Origin: Desulfobacterales bacterium | Lineage (GTDB): Bacteria; Desulfobacterota; Desulfobacteria; Desulfobacterales; UBA2174 | Direction of reading: 5' to 3' | NCBI GenBank assembly: GCA_963668645.2 | Contig: CAXXWC010000001.1 | Coordinates: forward strand, 96,001-160,000 | DNA: 64,000 bases | Shown: piece after piece, positions 49,282 through 58,724 of the stretch | How the letters are laid out: each line of letters starts with the position of its first letter | How positions within the stretch are numbered: the stretch's first letter is position 1 | The notes under the pieces: model-generated | Told to the model about the DNA's origin: nothing | Databases searched by the model: none | The model's input: the letters and a program-made list of their open reading frames with translations, nothing else | Program-made: the position numbers and the translations under genes

Positions 49282-49818
49282 ATGAACAGCCGCAGGGCGA
49301 CCGATTATGTTCTTCTAGGCGTATTGATGGTGGCACCGACGCACGGTTATGAAATTCGGCAATTTTTGGACAATTTCCTTGAATCCAAGTGGCATATCGG
49401 AAGCAGTCAGATGTATTCACTGCTCAAGCGGCTTGAAACCCGGCAGATGGTGGAGTCATTTCTATCGCCTCAAGCCAAAAGACCGTCAAAGAGAATCTAC
49501 TGCCTCACAGCCCAGGGCAAGGAGGCGTTTCTTGTATGGATCCAACAGCCGGTCATGCACGTGCGGGATCTGAGAATCGAGTTTATCGCCAAGCTGTTTT
49601 TCATCGACCGGCTGTCGCTGTCCTGCGGCAACCGGTTGATCCAAAACCAAATCGATGCATTGAACCGTATCAAGAAAACAATCACTAACGCGCAGTCATC
49701 TCAGTGCGCCCCCTTTGAAACCCTGTCCCTGAGGTTTCGCCAGACTACGATCGAAGCCTGCATCAACTGGCTAAAATCCGATGCCGTCGCATTTGTCGGC
49801 CAGATCGGAGCCGGCTGA
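49282..49818 (+). CDS. PadR-family transcriptional regulator
   Basis: THGYEI, SQMYSLLKRLE, KRIYCLTAQG. Confidence 0.9.
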   Translation: MNSRRATDYVLLGVLMVAPTHGYEIRQFLDNFLESKWHIGSSQMYSLLKRLETRQMVESFLSPQAKRPSKRIYCLTAQGKEAFLVWIQQPVMHVRDLRIEFIAKLFFIDRLSLSCGNRLIQNQIDALNRIKKTITNAQSSQCAPFETLSLRFRQTTIEACINWLKSDAVAFVGQIGAG

Positions 49819-49889
49819 AGACAGCCCCTGCCGCCGTCAAGACTTTTCGGATGCGGCCTGAGGCAAGGCACGGAAAAATGGGGAAAAAT

Positions 49890-50555
49890 ATGCTCGGCTC
49901 TAAACAATCGCTTCACATTTCAGGAATTGTCCTGGCCGCGGGCGCCTCCTTGAGGATGGGACGCACCAAACAGCTGCTGCCGGTTGCCCGCAGCAGCATG
50001 CTGGGCCAGGTGGTTGAGAACGCGCGCCGATCGGATCTGAACGATATCGTCGTTGTGTTGGGCCATCGCTCGGACCAGATACGGGCGCAGGTCGATCTGA
50101 GCGGCACCACCGTGATCCTCAACCCTGATTATGCCCTGGGCCAGAGCACTTCGGTAAAAGCCGGCATCGCCCGGGTGGCGGACGATGCCGATGCGGCCAT
50201 GATTCTGCTCGCTGACCAGCCCCTGGTGGGCGAGGAGGTTATCAACTGCCTGATTCAATCGTTTCGCCATAGCCGGGCGCCCATTGTCGTCCCGGTTTTT
50301 CAGGGACGCCGTGGAAACCCGGCAATCATCGCCCGGCCCTTGTTTAGCGAACTGATGACCTGCCTCACCGGCGATACCGGAGCCCGGATGCTGTTTTCGA
50401 ACCATTTAAATGAAATCCAGCGTGTCGCGGTTTCAACCGACGCCGTTCTTTTCGATGTCGATCGAATGGATGACTACCATCGCTTGCTGGCCCGATCCGA
50501 GGCGGGCGACGGCGCCATCGCCTTGACCGATCAAACGGCGGCCCGAACCGAATAA
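49890..50555 (+). CDS. mocA: Molybdenum cofactor cytidylyltransferase
   Basis: VLAAGASLRMG..KQLL, GQSTS, LADQP, RGNP, GDTGAR, DVD. Confidence 0.88.
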   Translation: MLGSKQSLHISGIVLAAGASLRMGRTKQLLPVARSSMLGQVVENARRSDLNDIVVVLGHRSDQIRAQVDLSGTTVILNPDYALGQSTSVKAGIARVADDADAAMILLADQPLVGEEVINCLIQSFRHSRAPIVVPVFQGRRGNPAIIARPLFSELMTCLTGDTGARMLFSNHLNEIQRVAVSTDAVLFDVDRMDDYHRLLARSEAGDGAIALTDQTAARTE

Positions 50556-50651
50556 CGACCAACAGCCGGTTGCGTTCTGCGCCGGTGCGACCAGGACCGA
50601 AGATGCAGCGCGACCCTTTCAGCGGATTCAAACAGACGGCGGAGTGTGACA

Positions 50652-51680
50652 ATGGGAGTTTTGAAGAAGATAAAGGTGGAAGATGCAGTCGGATTGTCTC
50701 TGGCCCACGACATAACCAGAATCGTTCCCGGAAAATTCAAAGGGGTAGGATTCAAGAATGGACATGTGATCCGCAAGGAAGATATTCCCGAACTGCTGAA
50801 AATCGGAAAGCGGAGCATCTACATCATGACCCTGGACGAAAATCAGATTCACGAGGATGACGCCGCCTTGCGGATCGCTCCGGCAATATGCGGCAAGAAT
50901 CTGAGGTGGACCGATCCAAAAGAGGGCAAGTCCAACATCGTCTGTGAAATGGACGGCCTGCTGCGGGTTCGGGCAGACGCCCTGCTTTCCCTCAACATGA
51001 TCGGGGATATCATCGTTTCCACAATCAAAGACGCAACCCCCTGCTGCAAGGATCAGATCGTTTGCGGAACGCGGATCATCCCGCTGATGATCGACAAGGA
51101 AAAAATCGAAGCCCTGGAAGAAACGGCCCGCCGCAATGGACCGGTTCTGGAAATCCTTCCCTATCTGAAAAAACGGGTCGGGGTTCTGGTCACCGGGTCG
51201 GAACTCTACCATGGCCTGATCAAGGACGAGTCCGATACCTATATCGGCAACAAACTGAAACAATACGGATGCTGGATCGAAAAAAAGATGGTGGCCAGCG
51301 ACGATCCGGTGATGATCTCAGATGCGCTGTCGGCGTTGAAGGCGGCCGGCTGCGAATTGATCATCGCCACCGGCGGGCTTTCGGTGGATCCGGACGACGT
51401 GACCCGCAAAGGCGTTCGAATGGCCGGCGCCGAGATCATCTCCTACGGTGCCCCGATCCTGCCCGGGGCCATGTTTCTCAACGCCCGGCTGGGAGAGGTT
51501 CCCATCATGGGACTGCCTGCCTGCGTCTTCTACCACAAGCGCACGGTATACGATCTGATGCTGCCGCGCCTGCTGGCAGGGGCACAGCCAACCGCCGAAC
51601 AGATCGCCGCGATGGGCCATGGGGGCCTGTGCATGAACTGCGAAGTATGCCATTTCCCGGCCTGTCCCTACGGCAGGTAA
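50652..51680 (+). CDS. Molybdopterin-binding protein (MoeA/MogA-like)
   Basis: LAHDITRIVPG, TGSE, TGGLSVDPDDVT, PILPGAM, GLPAC, GGLCMNC..CHFPAC. Confidence 0.85.
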   Translation: MGVLKKIKVEDAVGLSLAHDITRIVPGKFKGVGFKNGHVIRKEDIPELLKIGKRSIYIMTLDENQIHEDDAALRIAPAICGKNLRWTDPKEGKSNIVCEMDGLLRVRADALLSLNMIGDIIVSTIKDATPCCKDQIVCGTRIIPLMIDKEKIEALEETARRNGPVLEILPYLKKRVGVLVTGSELYHGLIKDESDTYIGNKLKQYGCWIEKKMVASDDPVMISDALSALKAAGCELIIATGGLSVDPDDVTRKGVRMAGAEIISYGAPILPGAMFLNARLGEVPIMGLPACVFYHKRTVYDLMLPRLLAGAQPTAEQIAAMGHGGLCMNCEVCHFPACPYGR

Positions 51681-51690
51681 GGTGCAACCC

Positions 51691-52689
51691 ATGATCGAAA
51701 AAGCTCAGGAGTGGATCGCAAACGGCAACGAAGTGGCGCTGGCCACGGTCATCGCCACCTGGGGTTCGTCATCGCGCCAGGCGGGAAGCCAGCTGGTGGT
51801 CGACACATCCGGCAGGTTCGAGGGCTCGGTTTCCGGCGGCTGTGTCGAAGGCGCCGTGGTGGAGGAAGCCCTTGCGGTGATCCGCGAGGGAAAACCCAAG
51901 CGGGTGTTTTTCGGCGTCACCCGGGATCAGGCCTGGGAAGTGGGACTGGCCTGCGGCGGAGAGATCGAGATTTTCATCGAAAAGGTCACCTGGGCTGCGG
52001 ACCTGGACCGCCTGGCCGCGCTTTGCGCCGCAAGCCGGCCCGTGTGCCTGATCACCGATCTTGACGGCGGCCAGAAGCGGCTGGTGTCCCTGGATGAACC
52101 CGGTGCCGTCGAGGCCCTTTCTTCGGATATGCGGCCCCACGTCGAACGACTCATCCGGGGCGGGCGCAACACGGTGGTCGAAGCCGGCGGGCGCACCTTC
52201 TTTCTGCACCGATTCTATCCGCCACCCGAACTGATCGTCGTCGGTGCGGTTCATATCGCAAAGCCCCTTTGCCTGTTTGCCCGAACCGCCGGTTACAAGG
52301 TCACCGTCATCGACCCTCGCAGCGCATTTGCCAATCCGGACCGCTTTCCGGACGTGCCCTTCAGGGTGCAATGGCCCGATGAGGCCATGGAACAGATGAA
52401 CCTTCATCACGCAACGGCGGTGGTGGCCCTCTGCCACGATCCCAAGATCGACGATCCGGCGCTGGCAGCGGCCCTGAACTCCGACGCATTTTATATCGGC
52501 GCCCTGGGCAGCCGCAAAACCCACAAGGAACGCCTCGAACGCCTGGGTTCAGCCGGCTTCAGCGACGAGGCACTGAAACAGATCCACGGTCCTGTCGGCC
52601 TTGACATCGGCGCCCTCAATCCGGAAGAGATCGCCATCGCCATCATGGCCGAGATCACCGCGGTGCGCCGGAATGGAAACGGGTCATAA
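51691..52689 (+). CDS. xdhC: XdhC/CoxF-family Moco chaperone
   Basis: TWGSS, GSVSGGCVE, GLACGG, YIGALGSR, PVGLDIGA..PEEIA. Confidence 0.93.
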   Translation: MIEKAQEWIANGNEVALATVIATWGSSSRQAGSQLVVDTSGRFEGSVSGGCVEGAVVEEALAVIREGKPKRVFFGVTRDQAWEVGLACGGEIEIFIEKVTWAADLDRLAALCAASRPVCLITDLDGGQKRLVSLDEPGAVEALSSDMRPHVERLIRGGRNTVVEAGGRTFFLHRFYPPPELIVVGAVHIAKPLCLFARTAGYKVTVIDPRSAFANPDRFPDVPFRVQWPDEAMEQMNLHHATAVVALCHDPKIDDPALAAALNSDAFYIGALGSRKTHKERLERLGSAGFSDEALKQIHGPVGLDIGALNPEEIAIAIMAEITAVRRNGNGS

Positions 52690-52739
52690 GCGGCCGGGAC
52701 GCGATTTTACGGTTTTCCGGCAAGAATCAGACGGAGAAA

Positions 52740-53984
52740 ATGATGCGCTTCGATGCGGATCAACTCGCATTACAATTCAGCATCTTGAAACGGAAAGTAA
52801 ACGACCGGCCGCTTCATTACCTGGACAATGCCGCCACATCCCAGATGCCCGACTGCGTCATCGAGGCCGTCGCGCACCATGACCAAACCCGCCGGGCCAA
52901 TGTGCGCCGGGGGATTCACCACCTGTCTGAGCAGGCCGACGCCGCCTACGAGGCTGCACGGGAGGAGGTTGCCCGCTATCTGGGGGTCGGGTGGGCCGAC
53001 GAGGTCGTCTTTACCGGCGGGACGACCGCAGGCATCAACCTGCTGGCATACGGCCTGGGCGCCGCCCTCAAGCCCGGAGACGAGATCCTGATCTCCGAGC
53101 TCGAGCATCACAGCAACATCATCCCCTGGCAGCTTCTCAAACACCGGCAAGGCATCATCTTGTCCTATCTGCCGGTCACCGAAGACGGGCGCCTCGATCT
53201 GAGCGATCTTGACCGGTACATCAGCAAAAAGACAAAGATCGTGTCGCTGACCCATGGGTCGAACGTGACCGGGGCGGTCAGCGACGTATCCCGCATCGCC
53301 GGCGCGGCCCATCAAGCCGGGGCCGTGCTGGTATTGGACGGGGCCCAGACGGCCCCCCACGGCCCGCTGGACCTGCCGGCCCTCGGGGCTGATTTTTACG
53401 TTTTTTCCGGCCACAAGGTGCACGGCCCCAGCGGCATCGGCGTGCTGTGGGGACGAAAGGCGCTGCTGGACCGGATGCCGCCGGTGTTCGGCGGCGGGGA
53501 GATGATCGAATCGGTCAACCTTAAAGAGAGCTTCTTTCTCCCGCCCCCGCACCGCTTCGAAGCCGGCACCCCGCCCATCACCCAGGCCGTGGGGCTGGCA
53601 GCGGCCCTTGCCTGGTTCGCTTCCCAGGACATTGCCGGAATCAGAGCGCATCTGGATCAGCTCAGCGGCCGGATCCTCGACGGACTTTCCCGAATCGACG
53701 CCGGCCGGGAAACGATCCGGATCTTGGGCCCCGAAAAATCCGAGAACCGGTTGCCGCTCGTCTCATTTGCCGTTCGGGACATCCATCCCCACGATATCTG
53801 CCAGATCCTCAACGACCGCCACGGCGTGGCCCTGCGGGGCGGCCACCACTGCGCCCAGCCGCTTCACGACCGTTTATCGCTGGACGGCACCACCCGGGCC
53901 AGTCTTGCCGCCTATAACCGCCAGACCGACGTGGATGCGTTTCTCAACGGAATCGAGGACTGCATCGAAAAGTTCGGACGATGA
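52740..53984 (+). CDS. sufS: Cysteine desulfurase, SufS group
   Basis: YLDNAATSQ, EHHSN, FSGHK, FEAGTP, catalytic RGGHHCA. Confidence 0.9.
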   Translation: MMRFDADQLALQFSILKRKVNDRPLHYLDNAATSQMPDCVIEAVAHHDQTRRANVRRGIHHLSEQADAAYEAAREEVARYLGVGWADEVVFTGGTTAGINLLAYGLGAALKPGDEILISELEHHSNIIPWQLLKHRQGIILSYLPVTEDGRLDLSDLDRYISKKTKIVSLTHGSNVTGAVSDVSRIAGAAHQAGAVLVLDGAQTAPHGPLDLPALGADFYVFSGHKVHGPSGIGVLWGRKALLDRMPPVFGGGEMIESVNLKESFFLPPPHRFEAGTPPITQAVGLAAALAWFASQDIAGIRAHLDQLSGRILDGLSRIDAGRETIRILGPEKSENRLPLVSFAVRDIHPHDICQILNDRHGVALRGGHHCAQPLHDRLSLDGTTRASLAAYNRQTDVDAFLNGIEDCIEKFGR

Positions 53985-53996
53985 GGATTGATAAAA

Positions 53997-54431
53997 ATGA
54001 GTACCGATCTTTACAACGCGCAGATGCTGGCTTGGTCCGAGCAGGACGACCACGCCGGATCCATGGCCGATTTCGACGCCGAGGCGACTCTTTCCAACCC
54101 CCTGTGCGGCGACCGGGTGACGATCCGGCTGAAAATGGACGCAGACCGGATCGCAGATCTTCGCTATCAGGTCAGGGGGTGCCTACTTTGCAAGGCGGCC
54201 TGCGCCCACATGGCTGAGCTGGTGCGGGGGCTGGATCAACCGGGACTCAAAGCGCTCAGAGACGAATTCGAACGTTTTTTACAATCGGCGCCCGGTAACA
54301 GGCGGGCAGTTTCAGTCACCCATGAAATCTTTTCGCCCGTGCGGCCCCGCAAAAGCCGCCACCGCTGTGTCCTGTTGCCCTACGAAACCGCCATCAAGGC
54401 GTTACAGATACTGGGGTCCGCTTTTACTTGA
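53997..54431 (+). CDS. sufU: SufU/IscU-like sulfur-transfer protein
   Basis: NPLCGD, GCLLCKA, RHRCVLLP (three conserved Cys). Confidence 0.85.
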   Translation: MSTDLYNAQMLAWSEQDDHAGSMADFDAEATLSNPLCGDRVTIRLKMDADRIADLRYQVRGCLLCKAACAHMAELVRGLDQPGLKALRDEFERFLQSAPGNRRAVSVTHEIFSPVRPRKSRHRCVLLPYETAIKALQILGSAFT

Positions 54432-54465
54432 CGCCATCATCGTTTTGCCAAATTGACAGCCGTTT

Positions 54466-55107
54466 TTAATCCGGAGCAGAAAACCATTCTTGAAGTATGC
54501 TTTTCAGCTTCTGAAAAGCGTCGTCCGTACAACGCCCGAAACTAACGTTCCGCGCCAGACGTCCATAAATCGAAGAGGATCGCGGCATGCGCGCACGACG
54601 AAGCGCAGCCTCCATGGCTTCTTTGGGGTGGGTCGGTTTGATCTGCCCGGCCGCGAGGAAGTTTTGTTCCTCAAGCCATATGCGTAGTGGTGGGAAGTCC
54701 CGCTTCCAACCCATAGCAGCGTCGACTTCAGGAGAATCGCTGAAAACCCAATTTTCCAGTTCAGGATCAATAACGATGGCGGCCGCCCGAGCCGCCCATC
54801 CGGATCGAGACAGCGTTGAGACAACCTGAAGCTCGAGCTCTGCTCTCGTTCTTGTATCTTTTCCGCAGCCCTCGCGATCGAACATGACGATTGCATGAGC
54901 AAATCGTCTAGCAAAGGGACGAAGAAAAGCATCGGCGTGCAGCAGGCAACCCGGGTCGCTCTCTGGATGGATATAAAAAACGGCGGAAAGAGGACGAAGG
55001 GCCAGGGCTTGAGGCCGGCTTAGCAGCCCTTCCATGGCAAATTTCATATTTTTATCAGCCGTTAGAACCACCAGATCAGATTCATACGCACACGCGCATT
55101 CATTCAT
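54466..55107 (-). CDS. MAD4-like protein (TOPRIM/DUF4276-like partner of the ATPase)
   Basis: DLVVLTADKNM, HPESDPG, FDREGCG, DPELENW, PKEAME, PRSSSIY; ATGA overlap with the upstream ATPase. Confidence 0.7.
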   Translation of the reverse strand: MNECACAYESDLVVLTADKNMKFAMEGLLSRPQALALRPLSAVFYIHPESDPGCLLHADAFLRPFARRFAHAIVMFDREGCGKDTRTRAELELQVVSTLSRSGWAARAAAIVIDPELENWVFSDSPEVDAAMGWKRDFPPLRIWLEEQNFLAAGQIKPTHPKEAMEAALRRARMPRSSSIYGRLARNVSFGRCTDDAFQKLKSILQEWFSAPD

Positions 55108-56366
55108 CCCAGCACCCCGCCTGCGAATAAAACACCTAAGTTCGCTTCCCCTTTCCAATCCCTAAGGGCTGGGTGTTCATCGCCTGCAACAATATCGACG
55201 GCTCCCTGCTCTGTTCGTGCAAAACATAATACGCTCTCGGGTTTCACCAGACTGAGAACGACCGGAGAATGCGTTGCTACAAGAATCTGGGCATCATATA
55301 CCGATGAAAGGGATTGAAACATCGTATCAACTGCTCGCGGATGGATGCCGTTCTCCGGCTCTTCGATAAGATAGATGCCTGAAAAATTGGGAAGGTAGGC
55401 CAGGATGGAGAGCGCCATCAACCGCAGCGTCCCATCCGAGGCCATCCAGGAGGGCACGCTGAGACCGCCGGCGTACTCCAACATCAAGTAGCGGTGCCGA
55501 TCGTCTTGCCGTTCGATGGTGCGTATGTTTTCGAGATCCGGCAAGGCAGTGCGCAAATGAGATATCCAGTTGGCAAAGCGATCCTCATCGGTATTTTTTA
55601 ATTGGTCGATCACCCAGGGCAAGTTGGAGCCGTCGGCTCTAAAATTACGCCCTTGACCCGGCGGGCTTGCTCGGCGAATCAGCAGGCTGTTGAGCATGAG
55701 TTGGGTAACATTTTCGGTCAACAGGCTTTTCAGCCAGGATGTCACCGGAAAGTTGGCCTCATCCGCCGGAAGGTTGGCTAAAGCGGATTTCTGAGGGCCA
55801 AGCTTAAATGACGGTGCCCAGCCCTTGCCCTTTTCACGGTAAACTTCGGAGTAGAAGTTATCATTGCCGTTGGGCACCTTATTGACAATAACCGACGTGC
55901 CTTTTAACCGGGCCGGGGTAATGATCGTATCAGGAGGATTCTTCTTTACAGGAAAGAGCGACCGCTGAGTAATCGCCGGTTTGTTGTCCATTATTTTCAG
56001 AAGCACCTTTTCCGTCCGGATTGAGATCTCCTGGCTGTCTTGATCCAACTGCAAGGCGATCTCATAGCGCACCTTTTCACATTGCGGGTCACGCAACATG
56101 CCCCTCATGTTTTCTGGGATGGCCGCTTCTACAGCCAGCTCAAATCCTTCGCCCACTCTCCACCAGAGCAGGTCCTGGAAGTTTTTGGTTCTTTTACCGA
56201 CTGCCGCCAGCGGTCCTTCTGAAACCAGATCCCCCAGAAAGGAAACGACATCCAAAAAAGTGGTTTTGCCGCTAGCATTCGGACCGACAAGCACATGAAA
56301 CGGAGCAAGGGCCTGCCGAACGTAATACAGGCAGCGATAGTTTTTGGCTTCGATGAGGGTGATCAT
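55104..56366 (-). CDS. AAA_21/AbiEii-type ABC ATPase, MAD3-like
   Basis: Walker A GPNASGKT, signature ASDGTLR, Walker B/D-loop IEEPENGIHP, H-loop ATHSP. Confidence 0.85.
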   Translation of the reverse strand: MITLIEAKNYRCLYYVRQALAPFHVLVGPNASGKTTFLDVVSFLGDLVSEGPLAAVGKRTKNFQDLLWWRVGEGFELAVEAAIPENMRGMLRDPQCEKVRYEIALQLDQDSQEISIRTEKVLLKIMDNKPAITQRSLFPVKKNPPDTIITPARLKGTSVIVNKVPNGNDNFYSEVYREKGKGWAPSFKLGPQKSALANLPADEANFPVTSWLKSLLTENVTQLMLNSLLIRRASPPGQGRNFRADGSNLPWVIDQLKNTDEDRFANWISHLRTALPDLENIRTIERQDDRHRYLMLEYAGGLSVPSWMASDGTLRLMALSILAYLPNFSGIYLIEEPENGIHPRAVDTMFQSLSSVYDAQILVATHSPVVLSLVKPESVLCFARTEQGAVDIVAGDEHPALRDWKGEANLGVLFAGGVLG

Positions 56367-56651
56367 TATGTTGCCCCTGTGCTCATTTGATTCGTGATAC
56401 TTGGGTTTCCCCGATCCGAGCGAATCTGCCAGAAGAGCGCCTTTGCACAGAAGCGAATTGAAGACGAAACAAGCGGCATCAATCTGACGAAGAGTAGGCT
56501 CGACCTGGGCGCCGGCAAAGGCCGCAATGATTTTTCAACGCTGGACGGCGGAAAACGCCGGTTCAACATGTGGGGTGATGTTATAGCAGCTGATATAATT
56601 GAAGCAACGAAAAATTACCAGTTCCGAGGATCATCCGGGCATCCGGAGACA

Positions 56652-56696
56652 ACCTGCGACCTGGCACCGCCTTTTCGGACGGCGGCAGGTTTTTTC
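56652..56696 (+). terminator. Probable intrinsic terminator
   Basis: ACCTGC...CCGCC-loop-GGCGG-CAGG followed by a T run. Confidence 0.5.
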
Positions 56697-56936
56697 TGTT
56701 ACCATTGAAATTGTTAGATTCTTAACCAGACATACCAGAGAGTGGCTTGGCCCAAGCTATCCGGTTGACTTCCCCACTGCACTCGTTTACAGATAGTGTC
56801 GTTTTGCAGTGCGGTCACTGACGCCTCTGCCCCATCCATTCCCCCGCTTTTGTTGCACATCATTGCCCCCAGGCGCCGGCCGTGCTGATCGTATTCGGGT
56901 CCAAGGATCGAGTAACGCCTGAAACGCGGAGGATCG

Positions 56937-57440
56937 ATGGCCCAGTGCATCCTGCTCAATGCGGACTATTCATTTCTCAATATCGTCAGCTGGCGGCGGG
57001 CCATGTGTCTCGTGGCCAAGCAGAAGGTGGAAGTGTTGAGCTATGCGAAGCGGTCGGTGGGATGTGTCGCGGGGATTCGCCGCGCCGTGCCGGCCGTGAT
57101 GCGCCTGATCAAGCTGATCCGCACCATCTACCGTGCCAGGGTGCCGTTTTCAAAGCGCAACGTGCTGATCCGCGACGGATTTTGCTGCGCCTACTGCGGG
57201 GCCTCGGGAAAACGGCTCACCGTCGACCATATCGTTCCACGATGCCGGGGGGGGGCCAATGATTTTGACAACTGCGTGGCCTGCTGCCAGGCCTGCAACG
57301 CGCACAAGGGCGGTCGCACCCCGAACGAGGCCCACATGAAGTTGCGCCGGCGCCCCTACCAGCCGACCATCTCGGAATTCATCCGCCTCAAGTTCGCCTC
57401 GTTGAATATCGACGATGCCTTAGCCGAGGTGCTACGATGA
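56937..57440 (+). CDS. HNH endonuclease (McrA-like)
   Basis: LLNADY, RDGFCCAYCG, TVDHIVPR..GG...NCVACC..CN..KG.RTP; GGAGG RBS. Confidence 0.92.
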   Translation: MAQCILLNADYSFLNIVSWRRAMCLVAKQKVEVLSYAKRSVGCVAGIRRAVPAVMRLIKLIRTIYRARVPFSKRNVLIRDGFCCAYCGASGKRLTVDHIVPRCRGGANDFDNCVACCQACNAHKGGRTPNEAHMKLRRRPYQPTISEFIRLKFASLNIDDALAEVLR

Positions 57441-57581
57441 TGTCTGCCCGAAAACGGCATCTTTCAGCCCCTGACGGCGTTCTCGCTCGTTTTCAATCCT
57501 CGAAATAGCGGACTATGTCTCCGGATGAAAGCGCGCTCGGGCCTTGCCAGGAACCAGAATCTACCATTTCCTCACGGACAC
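57440..57581. repeat. MITE-like dispersed repeat, copy 2 (eroded TIRs)
   Basis: Ungapped alignment to 5312-5453, roughly 80% by eye; shared CGGCGTTCTCGCTCGTT, CAATCCTCGA, CGCTCGGGCCTTGCC. Confidence 0.85.
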
Positions 57582-57608
57582 TGGGCTGACAAGGCTTCGC
57601 AACCCGGG

Positions 57609-57881
57609 CTAGGGCTTCCCCAGATGGCGTGCCATGCACGCCTGCCACAGGCCGGCATCCAGAATGCATACGTCGCCGCCCTCATCCCGGGTGGCCACCA
57701 CCACGCCGAAATTTTCGGGAATCGGTGCGTCGCAGGTCTCCCCTTGAATTGCGGCGAAATGCGGCACCGGTGCGATGAACTGGCCCATCACCCCGGCGTC
57801 GACCACCGCCGCACAGCCTGTTTCGGGAATCACCAGAAGGTTGCGGTCCTGATCCTCATCGTGGACAAAATAGGCGATCAT
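57609..57881 (-). CDS. Hypothetical protein (90 aa)
   Basis: AAGGAG RBS, MIAYFVHDE..., codon usage like the flanking genes. Confidence 0.7.
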   Translation of the reverse strand: MIAYFVHDEDQDRNLLVIPETGCAAVVDAGVMGQFIAPVPHFAAIQGETCDAPIPENFGVVVATRDEGGDVCILDAGLWQACMARHLGKP

Positions 57882-57974
57882 AGGGCGGTCTCCTTGGTCA
57901 AAGCGCAACGCCGGCCGGCGCCCCGAGGGCATCACCGGCCGGCAGGCGGGTCAAACGCTCAAGTGCTGGAACGA

Positions 57975-58058
57975 TCAAACCAGCGTGTAAATGATCAGCC
58001 CCGCATTCAGGGCGACAACGGCTGCAAAACCGATATTGTACCAGTGATGTTTGTTCAT
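57975..58058 (-). CDS. Putative 27-aa single-TM small protein
   Basis: AAGGAGG 5 nt before ATG; MNKHHWYNIGFAAVVALNAGLIIYTLV. Confidence 0.6.
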   Translation of the reverse strand: MNKHHWYNIGFAAVVALNAGLIIYTLV

Positions 58059-58149
58059 GGGCGCCTCCTTTTTTGCGGCAGGGGCAAGGGCCTTCGACTT
58101 TCCGGCCCGGCTGCGATCTTGATCCAAGATAGCAACGGCGCCCGGTTGG

Positions 58150-58620
58150 TCAAGCACGCAAGGTGGCAGTCAGGCGCAGCGGATTGCGCAGCAGGTCCAG
58201 CGCATCACCGACCGAGCGGCAGACCACGTCGGCCGCCGCCAGGCTGACCGCCGCGGCGCCCTCTTCCAGGATCACGGCGATTCCCAGGGCCGCGGCCTCC
58301 AGCATCATCCGGTCGTTGCGCCCGTTGCCTATGGCGCAGGTGCGGCCCGGTCCCAAACGCCGCACAAAATCGAGTTTGCCCTGATCCTGGGCCCCCGGCT
58401 CCAGAATCGTCACGTCGCAAGGCACCGCGCGCATTCCCTCGCGGACCTTGCCGAAGGTGTCGGCGGTCAGAATGTGGATCTCCAAATCCCTGGACAGCCG
58501 GGTCAACCGCTCGGCCACCCCTTCGCACAGGATTCCGTCCACCGCCAGGGTGCCGTTGTAATCCAGCACCAGGTGGTCGAGTTTCAACGGTCCCCAACCG
58601 GGGATATCGACTTGGATCAT
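58150..58620 (-). CDS. HAD-superfamily hydrolase (soluble P-type ATPase-like)
   Basis: LDYNGTLA, LTADTFG, GNGRND. Confidence 0.9.
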   Translation of the reverse strand: MIQVDIPGWGPLKLDHLVLDYNGTLAVDGILCEGVAERLTRLSRDLEIHILTADTFGKVREGMRAVPCDVTILEPGAQDQGKLDFVRRLGPGRTCAIGNGRNDRMMLEAAALGIAVILEEGAAAVSLAAADVVCRSVGDALDLLRNPLRLTATLRA

Positions 58621-58724
58621 TCGCTTTTTCTCCTATAGCTGGCCTTGTATGTCATGGACCCACGGCATGGCGCAAAAAACGTCGGCTGCCTCGTTCCCTT
58701 TTCACCGATGGCCTCTGTCCGTCC

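Noticed and set aside
56662..56678. Sigma54-like TGGCAC motif
   Set aside because: The -12 TTGC element is absent and the sequence is part of a terminator-like stem.
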